In this document: piece by piece, positions 24,403-38,310 of the stretch
How positions within the stretch are numbered: position 1 is the first letter of the stretch
How the letters are laid out: each line of letters opens with the position of its first letter
NCBI GenBank assembly: GCA_012295275.1
Contig: CM022671.1
Span: forward strand, 14,570,001-14,634,000
DNA: 64,000 bases
Direction: 5' to 3'
From: Chrysomallon squamiferum
Taxonomy: Eukaryota > Animalia > Mollusca
Made by a program: the position numbers and the translations under genes
The notes under the pieces: generated by a model
Seen by the model: only the letters and a program-made list of their open reading frames with translations
Told to the model about the DNA's origin: nothing
Databases searched by the model: none

Positions 24403-25661
24403 ATAACTAATGCCTAGGGCATTTGTTGTTTGGATAAAAAATATTCATACTTTTATAATCTTATTTACATAGTTAAAAATCGGTTGAATAATAAAAAATT
24501 AAACAATCAAAAATCTAAATTTAAAACAAGGCATATACGACATTTATTTATGACATTTATTAATGCTACATAGTAAAATGTTTCTAAACAAAGAAATGTA
24601 TGAATTTTATTGTTATAATATGTACGTGTAAGTGTATTTCATAAGTATTCAGAGAGTAAATATTGACATATATATATATATGATAATATTTCTACTGGAA
24701 CACACCAGCATATCTTGAAAACTTGTTATACCCATCTTGGGAAGAGATGATATTTTTAAGACAATTAATTTCGGGCCATTGATGACATTGCGGCGAAAAG
24801 TATCCTGAAACGAAGAAACTTGTATATATTTATATATTTGTTAAACTGTCTTACGTTTTCAGAAATTTCATGGAACCATTTCACAAATTTACTGATATAT
24901 TTAGAAATTATTATTATTATAATTATTATTTTATTATTTTTTTTTTTAAGTAACCTGAAAGAGGTTTCAGTAAATCAGTTACTGAAATTATTAAAAATAC
25001 TATTTATTCTCAATTAAAAATACAATCAACACGAAAACTAACTAGTACTCTTTAGCACTTATGACTTCATTAATGAATTTTAAAAAAAGAATATGTTATC
25101 TATTATTTATTCAACTAGATTTTCTCAAACTTGTTTGATTGTTTCTGTTTCTTGCAAAATCTTCAGGAAAGGTTTTCTCAATTTCAGCAGAGTACTGAGT
25201 AATTTCGATAAATATTTTCTGTAAATTATTGAAGTGCACTAGCGAGAATGATTACGAGAAGTCAATCACTATGACGAGACTTTCACTTAACCATTGGCTG
25301 AACGAATTTACTGTAACGTTCTTGTTTTGTCAGAACAGAGCCAGAATCGTTTTTTAAATAGGATTTAAATCTGACTTGTATTTAAAAAAAAAAAAATTAT
25401 GTTTTTAATTTATTATCAAGGCACTGTGTCATAAACCTACTTCAATAAATGTAAATGATTTATTTTTATTTTATTTTATTTTTTTATTTATTTATTTATT
25501 TATTTATGTTTACAAATAAAAGAAATACGTATCGAATGAAACCTTATACACTGGATAACCAATACTTCCGACCCAGTCAGCTACTTCATCTACAGACCAT
25601 GATAAACATTCGGGAATCATTTTTGTTTCCATTTCATGAAGTCGTTTTGTACATTATAATA

Positions 25662-25669
25662 TGACGTCA
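25662..25669. promoter_or_regulatory. Palindromic CRE (TGACGTCA) upstream of the unknown + strand gene
   Basis: Exact CRE ~390 bp upstream of the putative ATG at 26055; motif match only. Confidence 0.3.
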
Positions 25670-25883
25670 CTGAATGCGTGTTTAAACGTAAATTTGCACC
25701 GTTTGTCTTGGGCATCAGTTTCATTAACAAATTTCTTCTCTTTTTTTTTGCTGATATAAGTTTAATAATTAATCAGGGTACGAAGTAAGTTTTTATTTAT
25801 TTATTTATTTTATATTATTTTATTATTATTTATTTATTTATTTATTTATTTGATATATTTATTTATTTATTTATTTATTTATT

Positions 25884-25914
<31 letters not shown>

Positions 25915-26054
25915 ATCATACCAACCAGCAAACTAATTTTTAATGGTGAATACAAATTCATGAATTTATTACTAACTGCTTAGATTACAGATTTAAACAT
26001 GTTTGATGTATCGCCTTCAGTTTTCTAAGGCTCAATGTATCTCTGTCAGCCAGT

Positions 26055-26160
26055 ATGCAGGTAAGTCATTTCTAACTATCGATAATGAGGAATGATTTTT
26101 TTGACATAGAATTATAACGTTACTATATAATCATGTTCTGTGACAAAGATTTATTGTTAC

Positions 26161-26203
<43 letters not shown>

Positions 26204-26799
26204 AAATTACAAGAAATTTGGTGTTACATTCCTCAATACAAGTCAGTTTTCCGATCGTCGATGGCACATCCCTTTTCACAATGCTTCTCAGCTTCGTTCT
26301 CTCTGACACGATCTATGGCCTATATTGTCAAATCTTTTACCTACATAAACATAATCATATATGGTCCTATAATAATCTTTCTAAATTTGGCTTAAAATAA
26401 AAGTGAAAAAAATACTTTCTGTCTATAAATGGGCATTAGGTAAATTGTTTCTTAAAAATACATTTAAAAATGCACACACATACAGTTACAAAGAATATTA
26501 TTTCAGTCAGCAAAAACGTATTAATTATTTTTCAAATCATTAGGTATTCCTAATTAACTTAGTTCAGCCATGAAAGAAGCAGTAGTGAACCACAGTGAGA
26601 AGATATAGCAAATATTCACAACAAATTATTTATTTTAAATTTTACTTATCTCACTTAAGCGAGAATATGAATGTTAACGAAACATTTAAGAATCAACGCG
26701 GAGATGGCACAAAGAATGTTGGATCAAGAATCAAACGTTTTGTAAGATTTTACTTTTGTTGTTCACCTACTGAAGCTATATAAATTATGTGGCATCGTT

Positions 26800-26880
<81 letters not shown>

Positions 26881-29416
26881 AAACTGAAGAAACGAATAGA
26901 GTTTGATACTGTAAATTAATTTCCTTGTGTAAAAGTCATCATATACATATATATATCGCTTATCGTGATTTGAAATATGGGCACAAGAAATTGAAAGTGG
27001 ACGATATTTCTAATAGTTGCCACTATATTGGTGGCGATAATTCTTCTATTATTTTAGTTTATTTATTTATTTATTTATTTTTAAATTTTGTGGTAAAACT
27101 GTTAAAATGATATCAAGACTAGTGAAATAAAAATGTTATTTCAATCTCTATGTATTATATACCAGAGGTTTATTTTTTTAAATTTTATTATTATAAAAAA
27201 TAAATAAATAAAAATAATAATAAAAAAAAATAAAAATTATTTCTTTATATATATATTTTACTTAACTGTTATTTGTAACAGCTACAAAGTTTAGTAAATA
27301 AAGACAAACACAGAACACAAGTGAAAGATCATGGTGACAACAGAAAGTGCATCAGTGAAACAAAGTTTCAAGGTGACTACAAGACTATTTAAATAAATAA
27401 ATAACTAAATAAATAAAACACCAACCATAATTCCTTAATGAATCAACTGAAAGCAATATTTTAATAAAATCTTAACAAAGTGTTTAAAAGTTTGACTTCA
27501 GTTAGAATTAATAGTTTTAGTTTATATTCAGTTAGTTAACTCTTATGTATTTATTAAAAACACGATTTCACAATTTTGGGAGTTTTTGTATTGCTTTCAT
27601 TTTATATATATATAATTTTATTATATATATATAATAAAATGAAAGCAATACAAAAACTCCCAAAACTGTGAAATCGTGTTTTTAATAAATAAAAATGTTT
27701 GTGTAGAAACCAGTCGTTCAACGAGTGCGGACTCGGCTCTAAGCGCCCCCACCTCGATCAGCTACCAGTCTACAGACAAGCGGAATTCAGACGAGTACAA
27801 CCAAGTGGACATTTTAAAGTTGGCAGATGATGAAGCAAACGAACACGCCTATGAGAACAGCAGACGTGTGCCTGCGAAAAGTGGGCAGTCCTCACTAAAT
27901 AATGTCCTCTGGGTTGCATTTCAAGATCATCCCGTAAGAAAGCACCAGCGTCCTGTAAACGAGGCCGCCGCAAACAGAAGGAAACACAGAGCCGACAGTC
28001 CACGTCCTCGAACTCGCCGCGGTCCGGCCAGGATCATTCGAGGACTGTCTCAGCTGGGCGCAGACGACACCTCCAGAAAGAAGCTGGAGGCAGTGGCTGA
28101 AATAGAGTCGGAAATAAACGAAGCTATAGAGAAGATTGCAGATAAGCTGCTCGTGCAGGGGCTGCACGCAGACAGCCGCCACGGAGATGTTGTAGACAGT
28201 GTTGTTACGAACGCCAGGAGAGCGAAAATGAATTATCGTCTTCCCCCAATAAATAACAAAAAAAAAAAAAAAGCATCGTTTGGTATATTTGATGACTACA
28301 TAGCCAATATTGAAAATCTGATTGAAATTCAAGCTTGCAAGAATTATTTCACAGGTATGAATATGTTTGTTTAAATCCTACATGACTGTGGAGGTGAGTC
28401 TCTTCGGCTCGATGCTTTACACCAACATTTTATTTTATTAGTAGTATTGGCATTAGTCGATAAAGTCAACAAATGTAATTTTATATATACTGCAGCACAG
28501 TCCATTTTAGAATTTTTGGCTGATAAATGTAGTGGTAGTAGTAGTAGTAATTGTGCTTTCTTTTAAAGTTCTTTCTTTCTTTTTGTTTGTTTGTTTATTT
28601 GTTTGGTTTTGTTTCTGGTTGTTTTTTTTTTTTTTTTTAATATTGTAATAATACTGACTAATATATTATAGATTCTATGTTGGGTCATTCGTCAAATTCG
28701 CTTGATGTGCATAATGAAGTAATGTGTTCCGCATGCAGACTAAATAAAGACTTACTCGCAGTAAGAAACATTGTGTCTCATGACAGTAACAAATAATGTT
28801 AAGAATAATAAAAACTCGGAAAATCATTCATAATTCTGATATATTTGAATTTTTACTTTTTAATTCATTTATTATCTTCTTTTTTTGTTGTTGTTAGCTA
28901 CTTCTGATAATACGAGACGAAATTCATGAACCGATGCGGTCCATAAAATTTAAATTTTAAAAATATCTTTGAAAGTTTAAAAGTATTTAAACCATTTGTT
29001 CTTAAAAACAAAGGAACATTTAAATCATTACAGAATTTTTTTTTTTTTTTCATTGTAGAGAAAGTCAATGTGTATGAACTGTCATCATTATCTTAATACC
29101 TTATTTCAAACGATTGTTCTTCTCTTTTTTTCTTACTTTCCTTCTATTTCTTTTATTTTTTGTTTTTTAATTATTATTATTATTATTTATTATTTTTTTT
29201 TTTTTTTTTGTCATCTAATTTTGTTATGTATTTGCACTTTTCCTTTCTTTTTTTCTGCAGGAAACACGTGCTAACCACGAATTGTCAGATTTTAGACAAC
29301 AAAGATTATTTTATGAGGGTGAAATAAGAAACATCAAAAATGAATATAGTGATGAAGTCACAAATGATGTAGACAGAATTATTGATGAAATTGAAAATAA
29401 TTGGTGGTATTGCTAA
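26055..29416 (+). CDS. Uncharacterised protein (disordered Ser/Arg-rich N-half, short coiled coil); 3' end ambiguous
   Basis: ATG CAG|gtaagt (26055-26060); exon ~27282-27372 LQSLVNKDKHRTQ...KFQ; large GC-rich exon ~27708-28354 (ORF track 27676-28374); strong acceptor at 29260. No domain recognised. Confidence 0.55.
27548..27691. repeat. Near-perfect inverted repeat / fold-back with ~65-bp arms and a (TA)n centre
   Basis: tatttattaaaaacacgatttcacaattttgggagtttttgtattgctttcattttat ... ataaaatgaaagcaatacaaaaactcccaaaactgtgaaatcgtgtttttaataaata; one mismatch in the unique part of the arms. Confidence 0.95.
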
Positions 29417-30278
29417 AACTAAAAATTGCTAAAAAGAAATAGATGATTACATAAAAACATTCAACATTCATATTGATAAAAAAAAAAAAGAGAGTATATT
29501 TTAGAAACCTCCCTAACACACAAACTATTATTAAGTATCAACCAACACTGGAAAAAAAGAATCAATAAAAAATATATTTAACTTTTAATATTTACTGTAA
29601 ATAAATGTTTTACATCTTTTTTGTAACAAATTTTATACTTTATTTCAATCATAAAGTATTTATTGAATATTTTGTATTAATTTTCATTATTAAAGTTCCT
29701 AATTATTGTTTTATTTGTGGTGACTCGTTTTTGCTTTAAATAAAACCTAACAATAAAATAGCAACAACAGAATTTTTCGTTTTATCATTTCAGTCACTTG
29801 AAAAGTTGTCACGGCGTCATTTTATATACCGTTTTTATTTTTTTGACAAGATGTTTTGATATATATGTAAAATTGATACAGTTGTATTTTTCCCGTACAG
29901 ATCAGTTTCCAATCGCCCTATCAGCTAATCTACATAATCATTATAGTAATGACTGCTTAAAAACAGCTGAAACAAATAATTGCTTTATCCTAATTTTTAT
30001 TAATAGGATATATGAAAAAACAGAATAAAGTGATCCGAAAATTCACAATTGCAAAACCGGTTTAGGTAAAATCATAAATTTAAAGGCGCGGACTTTGTAA
30101 CTAGTTTCCCATGTGCAGTATCTCAGTACTGCCCATCGGACCACTTATAAGTATCAATAAGTGTGTCTCCATACCGATGATTATATATGAATATTTACAA
30201 AGAAAATACTCTACCCTAGCAGAACGAAGATATACTATAAACGTCTGACAATAGGAGAAACGCCATGCAAATCTGACC

Positions 30279-30900
30279 ACAGTATAAAGAAACACCGTGC
30301 TGCTCTAATTCCAGTAGAAGGAAACACCACATTGGTCTAATTCCAGTAGAAAGAAACACCACGTTGGTCTAATTCCAGTAGAAAGAAACACCACGTTGGT
30401 CTAATTCCAGAAGAAAGAAACACCACGTTGGTCTAATTCCAGTATAAAGAAACACCGTGCTGCTCTAATTCCAGTAGAAGGAAACACCACATTGGTCTAA
30501 TTCCAGTAGAAAGAAACACCACATTGGTCTAATTCCAGTAGAAAGAAACACCACGTTGGTCTAATTCCAGTAGAAGGAAACACCACATTGGTCTAATTCC
30601 AGTAGAAAGAAACACCACATTGGTCTAATTCCAGTAGAAAGAAACACCACGTTGGTCTAATTCCAGTAGAAAGAAACAACACGTTGGTCTAATTCCAGTA
30701 TAAAGAAACACCGTGCTGCTCTAATTCCAGTAGAAGGAAACACCACATTGGTCTAATTCCAGTAGAAAGAAACACCACGTTGGTCTAATTCCAGTAGAAA
30801 GAAACACCGTGCTGCTCTAATTCCAGTAGAAGGAAACACCACATTGGTCTAATTCCAGTAGAAGGAAACACCACATTGGTCTAATTCCAGTAGAAAGGAA
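30279..30900. repeat. 32-bp minisatellite (ccagtagaaagaaacaccacgttggtctaatt), 19 full copies plus a partial
   Basis: Exact 32-nt period from 30279 to 30887; degenerate copies continue on both flanks (~30200-31130). Confidence 0.97.
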
Positions 30901-33729
30901 ATATGCTATATTTATTTGACTCCAGTACAAAGAAGATACTCTATACTGGTATGGATCACGTGCAAAGAAATTATACTGTATTAGTATGGACCAAGTACCA
31001 ATAAAATATGTTCTACTGACCTGACTCCAGTTCAGAGAAGATATACTGCAATGATCTGACAACTGTACAAAGAAGATAAACTAATAACTATACAGCTCTG
31101 TCTCCAGTCATAGAAGATACATCAGACTAGTACAAATAGGATATACCATACATGTACGATAATTTATGAAATAATAGAACAATAAAAGGACAATAAATTA
31201 TTGTTATAAATATTAGTAGCCATAGAAACGTGTTCCAGTTCTTGGCAAGAGGAAGATGAATGATAATAACAAAATGAATTTATGGAATTTAATTTGTGCC
31301 AGAATATGTACATTTCACCTATTATGATGTACCTAATTTCTTTTCGTTTTCTTAAAAACAATATATACCAGTAAGAAGAAGAAGAAGAAGAATTAATAAT
31401 AATAATAATAACTTAATTCATAGCAAATACTGTGGTATTGTTCGTGTCAGCACATTCAATGTAAACGTGATGATATTCCTGTTTATCTTTTTAAACATTC
31501 ACTGTGGAATAATAATTATTATTATTATAAATGCTTTTATTTCATTTTCAGATAATACAGACAAATCAGAAAATCGACATCATTATAAAATAGTATTTCT
31601 CTTTAATACATTCTTCTTTTGAACATAAAAACAAATAAAATAAATTAAGGTATCCTGTGTGATATTAAAATAAATAAATAAATAAATTATTTACTTGTCA
31701 CGAATGGCATACATACGAGTTCAGGACCATGGGCATCCAGTCAAAGAATGAAATAAAAATTAAGCTTTTTAGATTTGAAATTATGTTCAAAAGCTGCCCA
31801 GCAGTTCCGCAAGCTAGTGTTAATGTGGATCTGTGTTTTAATAGGCATTACTGTATTCTATCTCAAATTGTGAAAGGTCATTCACGCTATTTTTAAGACA
31901 ACGTACTTTCCATTTATAAATCACGCCTTTAAACCTGCAACAAAATGCAAATGATAAAATACGTATTGCATTTTGAAAAAAACTGAGTTATTGTAAGATA
32001 TTTTATTTAAGTCAGCAGAAGTGTTGAGACAGATGAAAACTCGGATGTGAAAAAAAATTCGAAGCTTCATCCATCTTGTTTTTCTGACCTTGCTTCTTCT
32101 ATCGTTAATTAAGAATGTATAAGGACTTTGACTAACTTTAAGAGAGGATCACGAAAGTGGGTTAATTATTTTAGGTCGTAAATTAAGGGATTTTATAAAC
32201 CTGATTCCCAAAGCCTTTCAGACCGATGGAATGTTTCCAAAAGCAATCAATTTTATATGGATGCTTAAATACATCTATGAATATCACTATTTTAAAGGTT
32301 ATTTTATTTATTTATTTATTATTAAATCATTGGAATATCAGACAGAAGTTCCGCTGTGGGTGAATTCCCAAGATCAAAATTACACGCTAATTTACTTTAT
32401 CTTTAAAAGCAGAATAATATAAAATATAACTTTATAATGTTTGAGGAATTTCTTATAAAGACGTAACTAAAAATTCGAAAATAAAGCAGTAAAAATATTA
32501 TTATTTTTTATTTTTTAAATCGTAAATATCAAAAAAGGTCGATTTCGCTGAACAGATCTATCTGCTTTTACATTCTGCATTGTATTTGAAATATAGCGCT
32601 AGTGCTCGAGCCATGAAAAATGATGCCTCAGGAACGACAACTCTATATGGCCGTCTGCAGAAGTAAACAGCCAATTAACGAACGACAACTCTTACTAGGA
32701 ATGATCTTGTGTGCTTATGTCGACTGAAACAGGCCAAAACCATAACGTAATTCATGAATTCTACATGTAATAAGGTCTTCATAAAAAGAAAAAAGATTTG
32801 AACAGATATGAAAATTTAACAAGATTATCTCTTGAAATAAGTTTTTTGGTGACTTGTGCTTGACCTTTTTTTTAAAAACTCAAGTTATAATTCCTACATT
32901 CAGTGTGTGGATTTTTGACAACTTTGAAATGCAGCATCTGTATCTATTTTTAAAGATATCTTGATTTTTGTTTTGTTTCCCCTCAGGAATTGAATGTTTT
33001 TCAACTGGTATAAAATATACTTTAATTTTAAGAATAAAGATCAGAATTTAAAGTTTCAGCTATAATTATAATTCCAGTATTAATCAAAAACGAAAAACTG
33101 AAATAGGGTTTCAAAACCTATACTCTCTTTATTGACAGAATTTTGATATGTGTACAAAATGAAGACAAACAATTTGACTGCAAATAAATGAATAGACAGA
33201 TACAGCAGGGATGGTGTAATGAAAATAATGATAAAGAATTTTTAAGTAACCACATTAACTTCTACTGATAAAGAAACTGAAATAAATACCTGAAAAATCC
33301 ATAATAATTATTTCTATGATTGCTCTTATTTATAGTCTCTAGGACTAAGCAAAATTAAAAAAGAAATTGAAAATAATAATTATAAAATAAAGCACCATCA
33401 TGTTTTACATCAATGTATTTGAAGAAAAAGCATCCACAGTATCAGATATTATTTATCAATGAGATGAAATTTCACTTAGAAATTTGTTTATATCAAAATA
33501 TAATTAACATGTATGTGAATACAGATGATTACTGCAAATCATGTTAATTCTTTTACTATTTTAAAATTTATGGCACACTAAATAAATTATGTTCAAAAAG
33601 TTACAGAGAAAACACTAAGGTCTATTATAGGCTGATTTACTCTCAGTAGATATTAATTAAAAAAACATTACAGTCATTTTGTCAGGAGTAATAATCTGTA
33701 TTGAAATCTCTTCAACTGTGGCATAATAT

Positions 33730-34070
33730 AATTCAATTTTGATAAATATGAAAAATACTGCTTTTAAGTTATATAAAATGACTAAAGAGAAAATACATTT
33801 CTAAAGATTTTAAAGAACACATTATTAATTCTGAAAGTCACAGACACATTGCAATCTGTTTTGATCAATATGAAAAGCACTATTTAGAAATTATATAAAA
33901 TGATTAAAGCAAAAAACTACATTTCTAAAGACCTTATAGAAAAAATATTAATTCTTAAAGGCATTAAACCTCTGATGTATTGTAATCCAATTTTGATCAG
34001 TATGAAACTTATATAAAAGTATCAAAGATACATTTCTAGAGACTTTAAATAACACAATATTCATTAATAA
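33730..34070. repeat. Degenerate ~120-130-bp tandem triplication downstream of C1QBP
   Basis: Three copies of ttttgat(a/c)a(a/g)tatgaaa...ttatataaaa...tacatttcta(a/g)aga at ~33737, ~33858 and ~33991. Confidence 0.8.
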
Positions 34071-34330
34071 AGATAAAGACCTGCTTCAAATACAATATTA
34101 AATTGGCACACACTATGTGAATAAGTATAAAATTATAGAGTAAAGTAAAGAGAATACAAATATAAACTAGTATTATCAATAGTCTTACCAGAATAACCTA
34201 TTGAATTACATTCCTTTTAGCATTTCTGACAAAAACAGGGATTTGTTTGTGTTTATTAAAGCTACAGTGATACTTCTACTGTTGACTCGATCTTCACATA
34301 ACACATGAATAAACACAAAAAAGATTCTGC

Positions 34331-37300
34331 TCAGTCTTTCTTGGAAAAAGAATTCAGATTTTTGAGAAATTCCAAATATTTTTCATGTTCTTTTGCTGTG
34401 CTGAACTCCATAAGATCATTGATGAATTCATCATTAATTCCTCTTTCATCCAGAAGATCCATCAACAGATCATATAAGTTCTATAAATAAAACAGAATGT
34501 TCATTAAATTCAAACAGTAAACCTTTTTTTTTAAATTACATCCAAGCAATATTTTCTAAGGTATCATTTAAAAATTAGATTCAGCTCAGCTATTTAGTGA
34601 CTTGCATAGGAACAAATGCCAGAACACAGAGCATCAAAACATTTGTTTCAAAATAGACTTGGTTAATTTGGACTCAGTTATGTTTAACTAATATTCTGTA
34701 AAGCTTAAAAACAAAATTTTTAAATTAATATACCCCATCCATAGTTTCTGCTGACATTGTGTAGATTGATTCCTTCCATTCACCTTGGTGTAACGTAACA
34801 TCCTGAATTTCAAACTGATCAACTGAAAACAATAAAAAGATATTAGAAGAAATCATTTATACATGGCATAAAATAAAAATAAAATTGGTGCGGAACAAGA
34901 AGCAAACTGCAGCTGATATATATATAGCAGCCATAATGAAAAACTATCAAACTAGACAATACACTAATTAGATCTACCTGTTTTTTTAACAATATTGAAG
35001 GAAGATCAATGAAGTAATTATTCTTGAAATTTGTATTTGAAAATTGAATAAACATTACCTATAGTCTCTTCAGTTTGTCCCTGTGTGTCTGGTTCCATCT
35101 CATCTGTGTTTGTAAACATGCACTGAAATGCAAGAATATCGCCAGACCCTTTGCTGATGTCTACACGGAATGGAGGTTTGGAAACCATCTACAATGTTTA
35201 GAAAAAACAGTTCAATGCGTTTATTTTCACTTTCCGGTCAAGCTTATTTTTCATAATGTATCTAAAGTTTATGGAAAATTATTCTATTTACAGTTGAGGA
35301 TGATAGCTTTAACAGCTTCACAACAATAACTAGAATAAAGACTAAAGTATCTGTGTTCTATTTTGGACAATTAATTAATTTCATTTTTGTCAGGTTAATT
35401 TTTGAAAAAGTTAATAATTCTCAGTTCTAATAATATTCACTTGTGAACAAAATAAAACTTAACTTCTTGTTTATATAGAAAAGAGTTTCCATTCATGGCA
35501 TATCAGGTTGTATTATAATGCATTTAAATGTACCAGCCAACGGATAGCATGTGTATATGTGGTGCTATATCCAAGATGATTGTTTAACATTAGTGCAAGT
35601 GGAACTGGAACTGTATGATTAAAATTTTAAATGTAAGAAAATGCACTAACATGAATATCATCCCCCTCCTGGGCTCCAGGTACTGGCTGATCTGCATCTG
35701 CTGAACCATTTAGATTAAATGTTACTTTAATTCTGAAGAAAAACAAATTAAATATTACCAATATTCTTCTTCTTTTTTTTTGACAACACTGAAAATGAAT
35801 CAAATTAATAAATTTGTATTTCATTAAAAACATATAAAATCATCACCAAACCTACATAAATTCTGACATGTATGCCAAGACGTAACTAATAGAGAAATAA
35901 AATGGTAGTGTTCAAACAAAAATAATTCGTTGTTATTTAATCTTAATTGTTAGCAGTGATTAATAGCTGGCCAATAACCTTGATGTATAAATAGTTTTAT
36001 TAAACTATTTCTTTGTAGGATCACGTGTAAACTTCAAGATGCCATATAACTGCCTAATCTGAACTACAATAAAAGTTGACAATATCCAGGCATTAAAAAA
36101 ATGTGCTGTGATGTACCCAGCATTCTGTTATGACCCAATGTGCTGTCATTATTTAAAGTATACAGGATTTTAATGTTCAGTTATGAAGAAATGAACTTCA
36201 AGATTCAAAGTGCTATACTGCAAAGATTGTAACTCAGTAAAATAATTATTTTATTACTGATGTATTATAAAAATAAATGATTATTAACACCTCACTTACA
36301 TATTTCAGAATGTCACAGACATTTGTAAACACTTTTTGAGGAAGACAATTATACTAACAGTATTCTGAGAGATTTTTGTGATTTCTAACTTCATTATTGA
36401 ATTTATTCAAATATCAAAAGAAATAATATTAACAATTATATATTATAATCTATACTCTTACTTTTCATTCCCCATTGTTTTTGTAAGAGTGAAATCACAG
36501 CCATCACTGGAAACATCAAAGTCTTTCATGGTAGGCATACCAACTTTTGTCTGTGCACTCTTCTCTTCCAGTTCTATTTCTTTGTCCAAAAATTTTGACA
36601 ATTCTTTGTCCACTGCAAAAATTGAAGATATACAATTTAAATTAAGAACTGTTAATGAAAACTGAATATTTTTTTAAATACTGAAATGAGATGACAGTAG
36701 TTGTGTCAAAAAGTATTACAAGTGAAACAATGTGTACAGAAAATATATATTCCAGAAATAATATATTATGTATGAAATTGGTGAATTGAGGTTTTTCAAC
36801 ATTTCCAAAAATATGTTAACAATGATAAGGTTAAGCTGTTATTTAATGTACACTATGATAAAAACAGTCTACTACTAAGCAGTATAGAATGATGAAATTA
36901 TTCCTGAAAGAAGCAACATTCTCAAGGAAAATAGGTGGTGACCAATTAAAAATCTAAAAATAAATAAATAAATAGTCAGTGACAGCCACAAAATTGTGTA
37001 ATTTCTACAATCTCAATAGACACTTGTCTGGAAGTTGAGTAACATTGAATGATTGTACAAATTGGTTTACCTGACCAGTTTGAAAAGCGAAAGTGGAATT
37101 ATTCAGTTTTATATGCCCTTTTTGCATACGAACTAGCAGTAAAATACTGAGTAAATATTAATAAATAGTTTCTTTATAAATTATACCTACCCTCGGTATG
37201 AAGCTTGGAGACTGACATTGACTGTAATGGCAAAAATGCCCGTGTATTAAATAAATTCTTAACTTGACAAGTACTACGAATATTATTTGAACTGTGTAGA

Positions 37301-37407
37301 CATTGTGTTCGTGCTTTCTGGACTCCTTGCTTTAACATCCGCAAGTTAGTCTTGCCGGTAAGCGTTGATGATACTAAGGAGAAGCATTTTCTGAACATCG
37401 CTGCCAT
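34331..37407 (-). CDS. C1QBP: Complement C1q-binding protein / p32 (MAM33 family), mitochondrial precursor, 6 exons
   Basis: Arg/Ser-rich transit peptide MAAMFRKCFSLVSS...LHTE, then VDKELSKFLDKEIELE..., IKVTFNLNGS, MVSKPPFRVDISKG, DQFEIQDVTLHQGEWKESIYTMSAETMDG, NLYDLLMDLLDERGINDEFINDLMEFSTAKEHEKYLEFLKNL. Exons ~37191-37407, 36461-36612, 35650-35731, 35058-35187, 34733-34822, 34331-34481. Confidence 0.95.
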
Positions 37408-37442
37408 GATTGATGCAATCGGAAAACGTGGTTTTACCAGAG

Positions 37443-37452
37443 GCGCATGCGC
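37443..37452. promoter_or_regulatory. NRF-1 palindrome GCGCATGCGC in the C1QBP proximal promoter
   Basis: Exact NRF-1 core ~36 bp upstream of the ATG of a nuclear-encoded mitochondrial gene. Confidence 0.65.
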
Positions 37453-38310
37453 ATCAGAAAGGAAATAGTGAAATTTCGTCAAGAATCAAAAGCAGGGGAT
37501 GCCAAACTGACTCCTATGGTCTTGAATATCCTAACGCTCTTCTAGTATTAGCGAAATATGCTGAATTTGGAAGAAAGAGGAGACATAATATTCAACCTTC
37601 CAAGCCTTATGTAAATAGTGTATTAAAAAACCATCAAGCCCACCCTTCATATTAAAAATAAATTTTAGTTCCAATATTAATGTCATGTCGCTTGATTAAC
37701 ATACAATACAGAATCATCAAAGTGATTGGTGAGATAAAAGCTTTGCCAGCCGCTGCTCTTAAGGGTTGTAGTTTATTTTCAAATACCTGTGGGTCATTTA
37801 TATATGTACAGTGTTTTATTAATATGATTGACAATATATAACTGACCAAAAATAAAATAGTTCGTAATAATAATAATAAAAGATGAGATAAGAAATCCAT
37901 TTATAATAGATGATGATATAAATTGTTCGCCTTAAACCTTACATATTCATTCCTTAAATCTTCTCATACCCAAAACTGAGGGAAGAAAAAAAAATTCCTA
38001 CATTATCGTCACATAGCGAAACTGTCGTGGATGTAGATCCAATAAAGATACATTATCATTATGTACAGTGGACCTTCGATGTTATTATTTACTTGTTTTT
38101 TAAATTTTTATCTTTATTATTATTTTTATTTTTTTATTTTTATTAATATTTTATTAAAATTCGTAATAATCGTGAATTTGTTTTATTTGGTTTTTTGTTG
38201 TTTTGTTATTTGATTTTTCTTCTTTTGTTGTTTATTTGATTTTTTGTGGGGGGGGTCTTGTTTTGTTTTTTTGGTTGCTTTATTTATTTATTTGTGTGTT
38301 TTTTTACCAA

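Noticed and set aside
27895-28332. 145-aa minus-strand ORF
   Set aside because: Antisense shadow of the GC-rich + strand exon; no independent splice or homology support.
30279-30900. 32-bp repeats of CRISPR-like length
   Set aside because: Units are head-to-tail with no unique spacers, there are no cas genes, and the context is eukaryotic.
32540-32760. CpG-containing patch with atgatg...ctga resembling a C/D snoRNA
   Set aside because: No terminal stem or recognisable rRNA guide, and it appears intergenic.
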